DNA of 64,000 bases from Pirellulaceae bacterium (GCA_041399085.1 JAWKTM010000007.1:87822-151821), one strand, 5' to 3'; positions 49,601-59,230 are shown, counted from the first letter of the stretch. Notes: generated by a model from the letters alone, not told the origin. Program-made: numbers and translations.

Positions 49601-50220
49601 TGCGTGTCTTCGGTGCCGAAGCCGGAGAGCACGATGCGGCGCGAGTCGGCCTTGCCATCGCCATCGTCGTCGTGCAGGTAAATCAGCTCGGTGCTGTTCG
49701 CCACATAACAGCCCCGCCCATCCGCGTCGGGCAGCACGCCAGTCGGAATCAGCAATCCGCCCGCAAACACGGTGCTCTTGTCGACGCTGCCATCATGGTC
49801 GGTGTCTTCCAGCACCAGAATCTTGTCGGTCGCCGGCTGGCCCGGTTTAATGTGCGGATACACTTCGCTGCTGGCGATCCACAACCGACCGCGGGCGTCG
49901 AAGTTCATCTGGATCGGCTTGGCCATTTGCGGATCGCCGGCGAACAGATTCACCTCCATCCCATCGGCCACGATGAACGAAGCCCGCTCGATCTCGGGAT
50001 CGGGATCCGGGATGTTTTTCAGATCGCGTTGAGCCAGAGAACTGGAAACGGGCATCGCCAGCAGGGCGACCAGCGACCAAAGCGACAAACGACTAGCGGT
50101 GCGAAATCGGCGGGACATGAACAAACTCGTAGCGGAGAGAGTGATTTCCGCGTCCGCCGCATGGCGGAGCGGGTGGCGTATTGAAGAACTTGCGGCCGTT
50201 GGAACGAGAAGAGCAATCAA
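46639..50220 (-). CDS. PVC-type membrane-bound dehydrogenase domain / HEAT-repeat / c-type cytochrome protein (1193 aa)
   Basis: Beta-propeller (GRLWIASSEVYPH...DGAIYIADWYNP); HEAT repeats; CxxCH (QQCLKCHAIGGAGG); paralogue of 17012..19813. Confidence 0.85.
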   Translation of the reverse strand: MIALLVPTAASSSIRHPLRHAADAEITLSATSLFMSRRFRTASRLSLWSLVALLAMPVSSSLAQRDLKNIPDPDPEIERASFIVADGMEVNLFAGDPQMAKPIQMNFDARGRLWIASSEVYPHIKPGQPATDKILVLEDTDHDGSVDKSTVFAGGLLIPTGVLPDADGRGCYVANSTELIYLHDDDGDGKADSRRIVLSGFGTEDTHHLLHTLRWGPDGCIYMNQSIYIHSHVETPQGVKRLNGGGIWRFRPETLELEIVCKGFVNPWGHHFDRWGQSFATDGAYGEGINYVFPGSVFVTSPGATRIMSGLNPGSPKHCGLEIVGGGHLPDDWQGSMITNDFRAHRVCRFVVTEDSSGYASRQEVEVIKSSHVAFRPIDVKMGTDGAIYIADWYNPIIQHGEVDFRDERRDHVHGRVWRVTAKGRPTLRTAIAENATIDELLNLLKASEDWTRLNAKLLLKQHGAEAVLPRLAAWLGSLDAADPNYEHQRLEALWLYECLDSPNAELLAELVKSADHRVRAAAIRTASHWRTRMKSPVVNEYFAAAVRDEHPRVRLEGVRALAEVPSAESAAQALVALDQPMDRFLDFALWQTMRDLQANWLPAVREGRLNFDGDVDRLTFALKAVDAPGVVPPLLALIRESKVTADRVPGILSVIAALGGANELGEVLNMVVDTGNQLSPEVKASLLDALVETTRLRQVTPAGDLARIGQLLKHDDERVQAAAARAAGAWKVESLRAAVSELAQASDATANVRRAALDGIAAFGGPESVKSLLAVANSQADFSERQHAVNNLANIAPQAAAKRAVAMLRELPEGADPSPLLANLMARKDGPAALVKAFGESQDKLPADVAKLTVRAVQGSLRPSPELVEAVRAAGGLADAGWKLTPELSAQLVAEVAERGDAARGEAVFRSKSQQCLKCHAIGGAGGRVGPDLTSIGGSAQVDYLIESLIAPAAKVKENFHSKMVLDDNGRIFNGIPVRQAGGVLVLRDAEDREVSIPENQIDEIRDGRSLMPDGLVDPLTRDELVDLTRFLSELGKVGAYSISNTPVVRRWQVLTWTEEAHRRLNRTSFDTAATNDPALVWEPVYSRVFGDLPLDNLPTFQPHRQLAPTTFVRFELDVTTAGEVALQFGEASGLSLWVDGKPQPITPELRLTLDQAVHSFTLAVDQNERRQPLRVELLPGGAGSSQFVTGK

Positions 50221-51134
50221 GAACCGGTGGTCAACGATTCGCGGAACTCGGCGATCCGATCTTCTTGTTCTTGCACGAGTGGATCGAACTGAGGAATCTC
50301 GACGGCGTTGTTACCCTGTTCGTGTTTGCGGAACAGGAACAAGTAAGTTTCGTTTTGCGGTCGGTAGCGGTGAAAGTACAGCTCGTTCTTCTTCTGAATC
50401 GCTTGCCGCATCGGCTCCAGTCGAGCGAAGTCGCTGATCGGAGTTGCACCTAACGCCGCCGCCAATCGCGGCGCCAACGTCTTATAACCGTCCGGCGTAA
50501 GATGTACGCCGTTGTTCGTCAGCCGCTCGTCGACGGGCGAAAGCTGTTGTAAGTCGACCGTCGGCAATTCGCGTTGCTTGGCGACTTCCGCCAAACGAGC
50601 CCGATAAAGTTGCAGCTTGGCATTGTATTCCGTGGGCGAAGGCAGCGGCTCGTCCGCCTGCTCGTAGCCGCGCGGCAGCAACAGAATCATGCGGGCGTCG
50701 GTCTTGGCCAATTCGTTCAGCAGTCGATTCAACCCCTGCGTAAAGTGCTCCAAACCGGCCTCGCCAGCGTGCGCTTCATTCGCGCCGTAAGCGATCAACA
50801 GCACGGTCGGCTTGGCTTCCGTCGTGTCTTTCAGCAATCGTCGAAAGCCATCTTCGGCCGAACCGAATACAGCCCGCGCTTCGCCAAACACCGTGTCGCC
50901 GCTCCAGCCGAGATTGCGAAACGTTATCCGCCGGTTGGGATAACCAGCCGTAATCGCCGTCTCGACAAACTCGCTGGCTTGCATCCGCTCGACAAATGCG
51001 CCGCCCAGCCACACGACTCGGTCGCCGTCCTTTAGCTCGATCGATTCGCCCCAAGCCGACCCAGCTCCTGCGAACCACAACGCACTACATGTCAAAATCA
51101 AACCCAGATGTCGCATATCGCGTTCGATCTCCAA
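50217..51134 (-). CDS. SGNH/GDSL-family hydrolase, secreted
   Basis: Signal peptide; blocks VVWLGGAF, LIAYGANE, DGVHLT. Its start overlaps the stop of the upstream dehydrogenase gene by 4 nt. Confidence 0.75.
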   Translation of the reverse strand: MEIERDMRHLGLILTCSALWFAGAGSAWGESIELKDGDRVVWLGGAFVERMQASEFVETAITAGYPNRRITFRNLGWSGDTVFGEARAVFGSAEDGFRRLLKDTTEAKPTVLLIAYGANEAHAGEAGLEHFTQGLNRLLNELAKTDARMILLLPRGYEQADEPLPSPTEYNAKLQLYRARLAEVAKQRELPTVDLQQLSPVDERLTNNGVHLTPDGYKTLAPRLAAALGATPISDFARLEPMRQAIQKKNELYFHRYRPQNETYLFLFRKHEQGNNAVEIPQFDPLVQEQEDRIAEFRESLTTGS

Positions 51135-51325
51135 AAACTTAGGCCATTCATTCTCGCCGCCATCGTGCTACCAGTAACCGCTGGCGACGACTGGCTCGCG
51201 AGCCTCGATGATCGGCGTTGCCAACGGGCTTCAAGTTTAATTCAATCACGGCGAAATGCTCGCCCGATTTCCGCCTGCTCGCCAACCGGCTGAACGAACC
51301 AGCCGCCGCCTAATCCTTCGCCGGC

Positions 51326-52258
51326 TTAATCTTTCGCCGGCTTCTGGCCCGGCTCGATCGGCGTCGCCTCTTCGTTTCCCCATTCGCTCCAACCGCGATA
51401 GTAATTCTGAATCTGGCTGGCTCCCATCAATTCGAAGCCGAACACCATCACCGACGCTCGGCCGCCCGATTGGCAATGCGTCGCCGTCGGTCGATTCAAG
51501 TCGATCCCGGCGTTGTTGAAAATCTGACGCAATTCGACAGCGGATTTGAAGCGGTGCGTCTCGGCGTCGACCAAATCGCTCCACTCCAGATGCTTCGCAC
51601 TCGGAATCGCGCCGGCTCGCTTGTTACTCAAGCCAGCCGTGCCGCAAAACTCACCTTCGGATCGCGAATCGACAATCTGCAATTTTCGACTTCCGTTCAG
51701 AGCGCCCAAGATATCCGACTTCGTGGCCAGCCAATCGCGCCGCTTTTCGGGCTCGAACTTCACGGCCGTCACTTCCGTTGGCTGACCATCGGCCGTGGGA
51801 AGTTCGGCAGTCTGCCAAGCTTTCCAGCCGCCGTTCAACAACCGCGCGTCGCTGACGCCCCAATACCGCAGGATCCACCAAATCCGAGCGGCATTCTTCA
51901 TCTGGCTATCGTCGTACAACACGACTCTCGAGCCGTTGCCGATCCCCAGTTCCCCGATCCGTTGGCCCCATTGCTCGGCATCGTCGCCATCGCCAAACGC
52001 TTTGGCCCACAGTCCGTGATCGACCCACCGAGCTCCCGGAATTCGCTGTTCGGCAAACGCCTCCTCGGACCGGACATCCAAAATCGTGTACCGCCCGGCG
52101 ACGTCTGGCTTGGCCAGTTCCGCTGGCTCCAACAGCAATTGCGGCCGCGAATAACTTGCATCCGCCCCGCTCGCCACCGACGCCGCGGCGTCCGCGATCG
52201 ATAGTCCAACCAATAGCAACGTCCAAACTTTGATACTCGCAACATTCAACCGCAACAT
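51326..52258 (-). CDS. Thiosulfate/3-mercaptopyruvate sulfurtransferase (tandem rhodanese domains), secreted
   Basis: Two rhodanese modules; active-site CQSGGRAS. Confidence 0.85.
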   Translation of the reverse strand: MLRLNVASIKVWTLLLVGLSIADAAASVASGADASYSRPQLLLEPAELAKPDVAGRYTILDVRSEEAFAEQRIPGARWVDHGLWAKAFGDGDDAEQWGQRIGELGIGNGSRVVLYDDSQMKNAARIWWILRYWGVSDARLLNGGWKAWQTAELPTADGQPTEVTAVKFEPEKRRDWLATKSDILGALNGSRKLQIVDSRSEGEFCGTAGLSNKRAGAIPSAKHLEWSDLVDAETHRFKSAVELRQIFNNAGIDLNRPTATHCQSGGRASVMVFGFELMGASQIQNYYRGWSEWGNEEATPIEPGQKPAKD

Positions 52259-52522
52259 GGGCGTTCTCCGAGCGACCTAGCCGAGCGAATGGCATCGCTG
52301 CCATGAGTTTTTCGATGGCTGGAATTGTATCGAGTGTAGTTGGCCCTGGAAGCTCGCACAGCCATTTTGGTCTTGCGCCACGTGAAGAACGACGAATGCT
52401 CCCAGCACATGGCGAAGCCAAACAGAAAAAAACGGCTCCGTTCTCGTGGAACGGAGCCGTCTTCCGGTTGTTCTCGACAGAGCCTCTCAAGTGGCTCTGC
52501 ATCGTTCGTGTCGATTTATCGA

Positions 52523-53467
52523 CTAGCGACCGCCAATCGCGCCACCGATGCCAGCGCCAATAGCCGCGCCCGAGCGACCGCCGATCGCGCCGCCGATGTT
52601 GGCGCCGATGTTCGATCCCGCTTGGTAACCACGGTTCCCATAACCGTATCCGCCATAGCCACCGTAGCCACCATAGCCGTAGCCCGGATTGTAATAGTTG
52701 TTGCCCCAACCATTATTGTAGTAGCCATTGTTGTAATAGCCGCTACGGAATCCGGGGCGATAGTAAGAGTTGTTATAACCGCGGTTATTGTTGTAATACT
52801 GGCCGCCGTCGTTGTAGTACATGCCCGAGTTGTTATTAGTGCCGCGATAGCCTACCGACTGACGAGGACTATATGCCTGCCAGTTGCCGCCATCGTGCCA
52901 CATCCAAGTGTTATTGGGAGTCCAATACCACCACTGGCCATTATGGCGGACGAAACGCCAGCGAGCGTTGCGGCCATTGTCACGCATATTTTGAGCATTC
53001 ATGTCGGCATTCGCGCCGGCGTTGCCTTGATTGTCGAACTGACCTTGAGCATTCAATTGCCCTTGTGAGTTCGCGCGAGTTTGTCCGCCTAGATTGGCGT
53101 CGGAACCGAGATTCGCATTACCGCCGATATTGGCGTTAGGGTCGAGCTGCGGCGAAGTATCCGCGGCGTTCAAACCACCTTGAGCGTTCGCTCCAACATT
53201 AGCGCCCGCACCCGTATTCGGCCCGAGGTTCGCCCCCACATCCGTATTCGCGCCAACGCCCGTGTTCGCACCGACTCCGGTGTTAGCTCCGACGCCCGTA
53301 TTCGCTCCGACGCCCGCGTTACCGCCGACGTTTGGCTCGGTCAACTGCTTGGCGGCATTCACCGCGCCGAGGTCGCCGGTGGCGCCGACATCGACTTGGG
53401 CGATGGCTTGGGACGCGGTCCAACCGAGGACGGCGGTCAAGGCAACGGATAACATTGTGATTCGCAT
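52523..53467 (-). CDS. Secreted low-complexity protein: GANTGV hexapeptide repeats, a Trp-rich core (WRFVRHNGQWWYWTPNNTWMWHDGGNWQAY) and a Gly/Asn/Tyr-rich tail
   Basis: Signal peptide MRITMLSVALTAVLGWTASQAIAQ; compositional reading. Confidence 0.6.
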   Translation of the reverse strand: MRITMLSVALTAVLGWTASQAIAQVDVGATGDLGAVNAAKQLTEPNVGGNAGVGANTGVGANTGVGANTGVGANTDVGANLGPNTGAGANVGANAQGGLNAADTSPQLDPNANIGGNANLGSDANLGGQTRANSQGQLNAQGQFDNQGNAGANADMNAQNMRDNGRNARWRFVRHNGQWWYWTPNNTWMWHDGGNWQAYSPRQSVGYRGTNNNSGMYYNDGGQYYNNNRGYNNSYYRPGFRSGYYNNGYYNNGWGNNYYNPGYGYGGYGGYGGYGYGNRGYQAGSNIGANIGGAIGGRSGAAIGAGIGGAIGGR

Positions 53468-53962
53468 AGCCTAATCTCCTTGAAGTAGTGTGGTGAGCAC
53501 GACTGGTGGGTTACTCACGCGGTTGGCGGCTCACCCAATGCCTCTTGCGATCCGCATGATTTCTAAGCGGCGCCAACGCGCGAAGGCAATGATTCGCCCC
53601 CCGCACGCGACGCCTTGTATTCAACTAGCAGGCGCCGACGCGTCCATTCGATCGGCCGCTCGAACATTCAGCGACGGCGACTGCATGGGACAAGCTTTTT
53701 TGCAACCAGTGTGCCGCTCCGCTCCGGATTGCGGTAATCCTGGGCGAATTGAGACGCATGGCGTCGGTTCGACCTGCGCGTCAGCGACCGAATGGCCGAA
53801 CCTTGTCTTACAAACGCCGATGGGCGGCGGGAAAACGACCGGGCTGCTCGCTGGGACGCTTGTTGACGCAGCCGCTCGGCATGGGAAATAATCATCGCTG
53901 CTGGCGGGTCGCCGCGATCCGTTCGTTCCACGCTTCCGTCACATCAGCAGGAGTTATCTCAC

Positions 53963-55277
53963 ATGTACCGACGAACGTTTCTCACCGGCGGCGCGATGGC
54001 GGCGGCTGCGGTTCCGGCGTCGCGGATGGCTCGCGCGGCGAAGGCCAACGACCGAATTCGCGTCGGCCTAATCGGTTGTGGCGGGCGCGGGCGAGGCGTA
54101 GCGGCTGGCTTCGCGGGCTTGAAGGAAGTGGAGGTCGCGGCCGTTTGCGATCCCGATTCCGGACATGCCGCCAGCACGTCTCAGTTGTTGCCGAACAAGC
54201 CGCCGGTTCAAGCCGACATGCGGCGGTTGCTGGACGACAAGTCGATCGACGCGGTGATCGTGGCGACGCCGGATCATTGGCACGCTCCGGCCGCGATTCT
54301 GGCCGCCGAGGCGGGCAAGCATGTCTATGTCGAAAAGCCTTGTTCGCACAACGTGCGCGAAGGTCGATTGTTGGTCGACGCGGCTCGGCGGAACAAACGG
54401 TTGATCCAACACGGTACTCAGAGCCGCTCGATGTCGCTGATCGCGCACGCCGTGCAACTGCTTCGCGACGGCATCATTGGCGACGTGTTGACCGCGAAGG
54501 CTTGGAACGTGCAGAAACGCGGGCCGATCGGCAAAGCCCAACCGAGCAAGCCGCCGTCGGGAGTCGACTACGATTTATGGGTTGGGCCGGCGAGTTGGCT
54601 GCCGTACCAGTCGAATCGTTTCCACTACACCTGGCATTGGTGGCATAATTTCGGCACCGGCGACATGGGGAACGATGGCGTCCATGAGCTGGATATTGCT
54701 CGCTGGGGGTTGGGTGTGACCGAACATCCGTCGACCGTGGCGGCGATCGGCGGCAAGCTGGCTTATGACGACGATCAGCAGTTTCCCGACACTCAGTATG
54801 TCCAGTTCGACTATCCGGGCGATGGTCGGCCGGGGTCGCGACGGCAATTGATCTTCGAGATGCGATTGTGGTCGCGCTACGGCCTGCAGGGCTTCGACAA
54901 TGGCAATGCGTTCTACGGAACGAGCGGCTGGATGTTGCTGAGCAAGCGGGCGCTTGAAGGTTTACGACGAGCGCAACCGCGAGCTGGAGCTGAAGCCTTC
55001 GGATCTGAACTTGCCGGCTCACGATCAGAATTTCATCAACGCGATCCGTGGCGAGCAGCCGTTGACGGCCGAGATCGAAATAGGCCATTTGTCGGCGACA
55101 CTATGCCACCTGGGCAACATCGCGACTCGCTTGGGACGATCGCTCGCGTTCGATCCCCGAACAGAAACCGTGGCGGACGATGCCGAAGCCAATCGGATGC
55201 TCGGCCGCGAGTATCGCGACGGCGGCCATTGGGCGATCCGGCGGCTGCGGATAAACGAAACAGCGGCTGCGGGTTAA
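53963..55277 (+). CDS. Gfo/Idh/MocA-family oxidoreductase with Tat signal; one apparent frameshift near 54950
   Basis: RRTFLTGG; Rossmann motif VGLIGCGGRG; C-terminal part continues in ORF 54954..55277 (KVYDERNRELELKPSDL...). Confidence 0.7.
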
Positions 55278-55296
55278 ACGATCGTGCGACCTGCTT

Positions 55297-56934
55297 TTAC
55301 GGGCGGCGAGCGACGCTTTGCTTGGGGATGACGCCCAGATAGGCGAAGAGGTCGGAGATCTCTTCCAGCGTGAGCGTGTCGAGCAATGCGGAGGGCATGG
55401 CGGACGTCTTGCTGGGCGTGATCTCATCCACGTCGTCGCTGGGGATCGTTACCTTCGTGCCGTCTGACTTGAGCACCAACACTTCGCCCGTCGGCGTTTG
55501 GCTGATGATGCCGCTGTGTACTATCCCATCGGCGGTGACCACCGTCTTGGCCGCGTATTGATCGCTAATCACATGGCTGGGGAACACGATCGATTCCAGA
55601 ATCTCACGCTTCGTAAACCGGCGGCTGACGGTCGTCAGGTCCGGGCCCATTGACTCGCCGCGATCGCCGAACCGATGGCACTTGGCGCATTGGGCTTTGG
55701 CAAACACTTGCTCGCCGCCATCGGTCGAACCGGTCGAGCCGTCGTCGCTGGCCAAGTGTTCCAGCAGCTCGTCGAACTGCCATTTCGTTCCTTCGGCCGC
55801 TACCGGCAATTCGGCGGCCGGATGATCGGGATACCGATCGGCGAACCAAACTTGCCACCGCTCGATCGCCACGTCCCAAGTTTCGCTGTCATCGTGCGGC
55901 TCGCCGGTCCAATGTTCCAGCAACGTAATGGCCTGCGCCGCGCCGCCTTCCTTGAGCTCCAATCCGCGTAGGATCACTTGGCGATAAAGCTCGGGATCTT
56001 CCGGCGCTTCGTCGACCGTTGCCAAACGCGAGAGCACTTCGCGAGCCGCCGCGCCTTCCAGAACGGGCAGGCTGCGGACCAAGAAGCTCCAGTTCTCGCC
56101 TTCTGGCTGCTGGGCCAAACCCATCGCCACCGTGTGACGGCGTTCCGGCGCTCGGTCCCAAATCTCGCGCAAGTAGCTCATCGAATGCTCGTCGCCGCTG
56201 CGAGCCAGCACGGCGACCAAGCCCACCTTGAGCGGCTCGTAATCTTCGTTCCACTCGTCGCCCAAACGGGCATCCAGCACACGCAGATCCGCCAGGGTCG
56301 CGATGTCCAGTTCCTTGGGCAATCGGTACAGTGCGCCCACGGCCGCATCGGGCCAGAGGTCGCCGCGAGCCAGAACATTGCGGCTCTCTTCGGGCGACAG
56401 CGAACGTCCGACATCTCGCAACACGTTGATGATGTAGTGTTCGTAGCTGCCGCCGCCTTCATTGGCTTTGGCTGTCTGCAAATAGTCGATCAATTCCAGC
56501 TTTTGGCCAGCCTGCCAGCCGTCGTTCACGAAACGCAGGTGCAGGGCCAAGTGCAATTTTTCCTCGGGCGGCGCATCGGATTTCAAATACTGCATCGCTC
56601 GCGGCAACACCGACGAAGCTTGCAGATACGTCATCAGCCGCACGATTTCGCGATTCATCGTGACGTCGCCGGCCGGGAACTCTTCGGCGATTTGCGTTTG
56701 CAGTCCCGGCACATCGGCCGCTTGAATCCGGCCGCGATGCAGGGCGACTTCGGACACGCGCAGCATGTCGATAAAATCGCGGTCGCTGGTGAATCCGGTA
56801 ATGAGCGTGCTGAACTGGGCGATCACTGCCAGCGCGTGATCGCGAGTCGGCGCGGCGGTCAACAGCGCCAGCGAACCCTGAATGAAAACCCGCTTGTTGT
56901 CGCTGGCCAGCACGGCGTCGCGCCACGTTTCCAC
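55297..56934 (-). CDS. C-terminal part (HEAT repeats plus CxxCH cytochrome c) of a dehydrogenase-HEAT-cytochrome c gene split from 56972..59230
   Basis: CAKCHRFGDRGESMGPDL haem motif. Upstream ORF ends ...KLLGSDDR*, and the next frame continues ...PLVALLERQPVETWRDAVLASD. Confidence 0.7.
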   Translation of the reverse strand: METWRDAVLASDNKRVFIQGSLALLTAAPTRDHALAVIAQFSTLITGFTSDRDFIDMLRVSEVALHRGRIQAADVPGLQTQIAEEFPAGDVTMNREIVRLMTYLQASSVLPRAMQYLKSDAPPEEKLHLALHLRFVNDGWQAGQKLELIDYLQTAKANEGGGSYEHYIINVLRDVGRSLSPEESRNVLARGDLWPDAAVGALYRLPKELDIATLADLRVLDARLGDEWNEDYEPLKVGLVAVLARSGDEHSMSYLREIWDRAPERRHTVAMGLAQQPEGENWSFLVRSLPVLEGAAAREVLSRLATVDEAPEDPELYRQVILRGLELKEGGAAQAITLLEHWTGEPHDDSETWDVAIERWQVWFADRYPDHPAAELPVAAEGTKWQFDELLEHLASDDGSTGSTDGGEQVFAKAQCAKCHRFGDRGESMGPDLTTVSRRFTKREILESIVFPSHVISDQYAAKTVVTADGIVHSGIISQTPTGEVLVLKSDGTKVTIPSDDVDEITPSKTSAMPSALLDTLTLEEISDLFAYLGVIPKQSVARRP

Positions 56935-56971
56935 CGGCTGACGTTCCAGCAGTGCGACGAGCGGCGAAGGC

Positions 56972-59230
56972 TCAGCGATCGTCGGACCCCAGCAACTTTG
57001 ATACGGCTTTGAACGGCACGGGTTGTTCGCCGCGAGTCAACGCTTCGCACGCTTTTCGCGCGACGAACCGATCCGAGTCGTCCAGCATTTCGATTAGTCG
57101 CTGGCTGGCCTGTTCGTCCGTTTGCTGCCCCAGCAGTTCCGCCGCGGTGGCTCGCAACAGCTCGTTCGGTTCCTGCGACATGTCCAGCAGCAAATCGAGC
57201 GACGGCGAAGGTCCGAACCATTGCATCACTTGCAATGCACGCGTGCGATAGTGCGGCGGATTCTCGGAACTGCGAGCGACACCTTCCAGCAGCTTGCCCC
57301 AATCCGAGCCCAGCTCGCGCTGCAGCTTGGCCAACTCCTGGCGGCTCCAGGCGGCGTGCAATTGCGGTTGGCGAATGACGGCCGAGATGCCGGTGCCCAG
57401 GTTAGTCACCGCCTCGGGAACTTGGCCGTTCCAACTCACTCGGTACAGACCGCCAGCCGTGCCTCGACCGCCGGTCACGAAATACAGACTGCCGTCCGGG
57501 CCGACGTCCAAATCCGTCACGTTCAACGGTCGCCCAGCAAGAAACACTTCGCTGTTGGCGGTCACGCCGCTGCCGTTGCGTTTCGTGTGGACGGCCAAGA
57601 TGCGGCCTTCGGACCAGTCCGCCAAGAACACGGCGTCGTGATACTTGGCCGGAAACATGTGATGGTTGTAGACCACACTGCCGGTCGGCGATCCGCGGCC
57701 CGTGTCGAGCACTTGCGGCACGCCGTCCACGTAATAGTCGGGCCACTTGGACCAACCGCTGCGCCAACCAAATTCGGCGCCCGGCGTGACAAAGCAAACG
57801 CGTGTCGGGCGATACCAAGTCGTGCCCAGGTCCGATTCCATATCGGAATCGTGCGTGTAGAGATCGCCGTCGCGGCTGAAGCAAAGGTCGTAGGCGTTTC
57901 GCAATCCGCCGGCGACCACCTCGACCTTCGAGCCTTCGAGATCGGTGCGAATGATCGTGCCGCCGGGCGCCTTGATGCCAGCCGCATGGCCGGTCGGATC
58001 TTCGTAACGCGGGAACAGATCGCCTTCGTATCCATTGCGATAGGGACTGGAATCGGCGTATCCATCCGCGGCAGCCGTGTGATTGCCGATTATCACGTAG
58101 ATCATTCCGTCGGGACCGAACGCGATTCCGTGCGCTCCGTGCTCGCCTCCTTCGCGGTTGAATTTGACCAGCGGCGTGACTTGTTCCAGGCGACCATCGC
58201 GGTCCGTATCGGTCAGGCGGTACAGCGCGTTGCCATCCGGTCCGTCGGCCGTGACGTAGACCTCGCCGTTCAATGCCAAGATGCCTTGGCAATTCTTTAC
58301 CGCTTCGCAGTAGGGCCGGACCTTGTCGACCAATCCATCGTCGTCGCTGTCGTACATCAGCAACAACGGGCCGCCTTCTTGGCCGGCCAACACATGCCCA
58401 AATTCGTTGAAGGTCATGGTGATTAGCGAGCCGACCGTTTCGCTGTCGATCAGGCGTTCCACTTGGAATTGATCGACGATGTCAAAGCGATCGTTTTGCG
58501 GTTCGGTTTTCGGCGCTTCCGTCGGGACTTCCTCGACCGCCACTTGTTCGCGCACATCCCAAGGCGCCGTTTCGCCGAGCGGCCCGAAGGCTTGCGCGAC
58601 GGACCAGCGGGCGTCGTTGTAAATCGGCGCGGACCACAGCGGCAACGGATTGAGGTTCGTCTTCCAACTCTTGTCGGTCGAGAACGAACGCCAGCGTCCG
58701 TCGCCTTCTTGCACCATGACACGCGCCGCGACGGCCGCTGTCGAGCCGCGCGTGTTCGTGACCTTGATCGCAATCAGATTCGTGCCGCGACGAATGTGGG
58801 GCGAGATGTTGTGTTCGTCCAGTTTCTGCGAGCCGCCGTTGCCGCGAGCGATCATGCGACCGTTGACATACAATTCGTATTCGTCATCGGCGGTGATCGA
58901 AACCTGCGCTTGCCGAGGCTGGGAGGTCGGGAACGTGTGGCGGAAGTAGCACGAGGTTCGTGGAACTTGGCCGCGCTGGTGCGACGGCGACCAAATCCAT
59001 TGAGCTTCATTGGCTGCTTGGCCGACGGCGGACGTCATCATCGCCACGGCGAAGGCCGCGACGACAATGAACTTTTGCCAGCGTGGGCTGCCGACGTGAT
59101 TCAGCAATGAGGCCGTACGATTACAGCGGATCGCGGATTCCGTCATCCTGACTTCTCCGGAGATAAGATCGGGCGTGTTCCGTGGGCGCGGCGGAGCGGT
59201 CTTCGCTCGTTTCTCGTGTCGCGTAGGCAA
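56972..59230 (-). CDS. N-terminal part (DUF1080-like lectin domain plus beta-propeller dehydrogenase domain plus first HEAT repeats) of the same split gene
   Basis: Signal/TM; propeller segments (GMIYVIIGNHT..., GSLYFVTGGRG); separated from 55297..56934 by one frame change. Confidence 0.7.
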   Translation of the reverse strand: MPTRHEKRAKTAPPRPRNTPDLISGEVRMTESAIRCNRTASLLNHVGSPRWQKFIVVAAFAVAMMTSAVGQAANEAQWIWSPSHQRGQVPRTSCYFRHTFPTSQPRQAQVSITADDEYELYVNGRMIARGNGGSQKLDEHNISPHIRRGTNLIAIKVTNTRGSTAAVAARVMVQEGDGRWRSFSTDKSWKTNLNPLPLWSAPIYNDARWSVAQAFGPLGETAPWDVREQVAVEEVPTEAPKTEPQNDRFDIVDQFQVERLIDSETVGSLITMTFNEFGHVLAGQEGGPLLLMYDSDDDGLVDKVRPYCEAVKNCQGILALNGEVYVTADGPDGNALYRLTDTDRDGRLEQVTPLVKFNREGGEHGAHGIAFGPDGMIYVIIGNHTAAADGYADSSPYRNGYEGDLFPRYEDPTGHAAGIKAPGGTIIRTDLEGSKVEVVAGGLRNAYDLCFSRDGDLYTHDSDMESDLGTTWYRPTRVCFVTPGAEFGWRSGWSKWPDYYVDGVPQVLDTGRGSPTGSVVYNHHMFPAKYHDAVFLADWSEGRILAVHTKRNGSGVTANSEVFLAGRPLNVTDLDVGPDGSLYFVTGGRGTAGGLYRVSWNGQVPEAVTNLGTGISAVIRQPQLHAAWSRQELAKLQRELGSDWGKLLEGVARSSENPPHYRTRALQVMQWFGPSPSLDLLLDMSQEPNELLRATAAELLGQQTDEQASQRLIEMLDDSDRFVARKACEALTRGEQPVPFKAVSKLLGSDDR

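Noticed and set aside
52303-53068. Plus-strand ORFs (86 and 242 aa) over the rhodanese and GANTGV-protein region
   Set aside because: Antisense low-complexity translation of a repeat-rich minus-strand gene.
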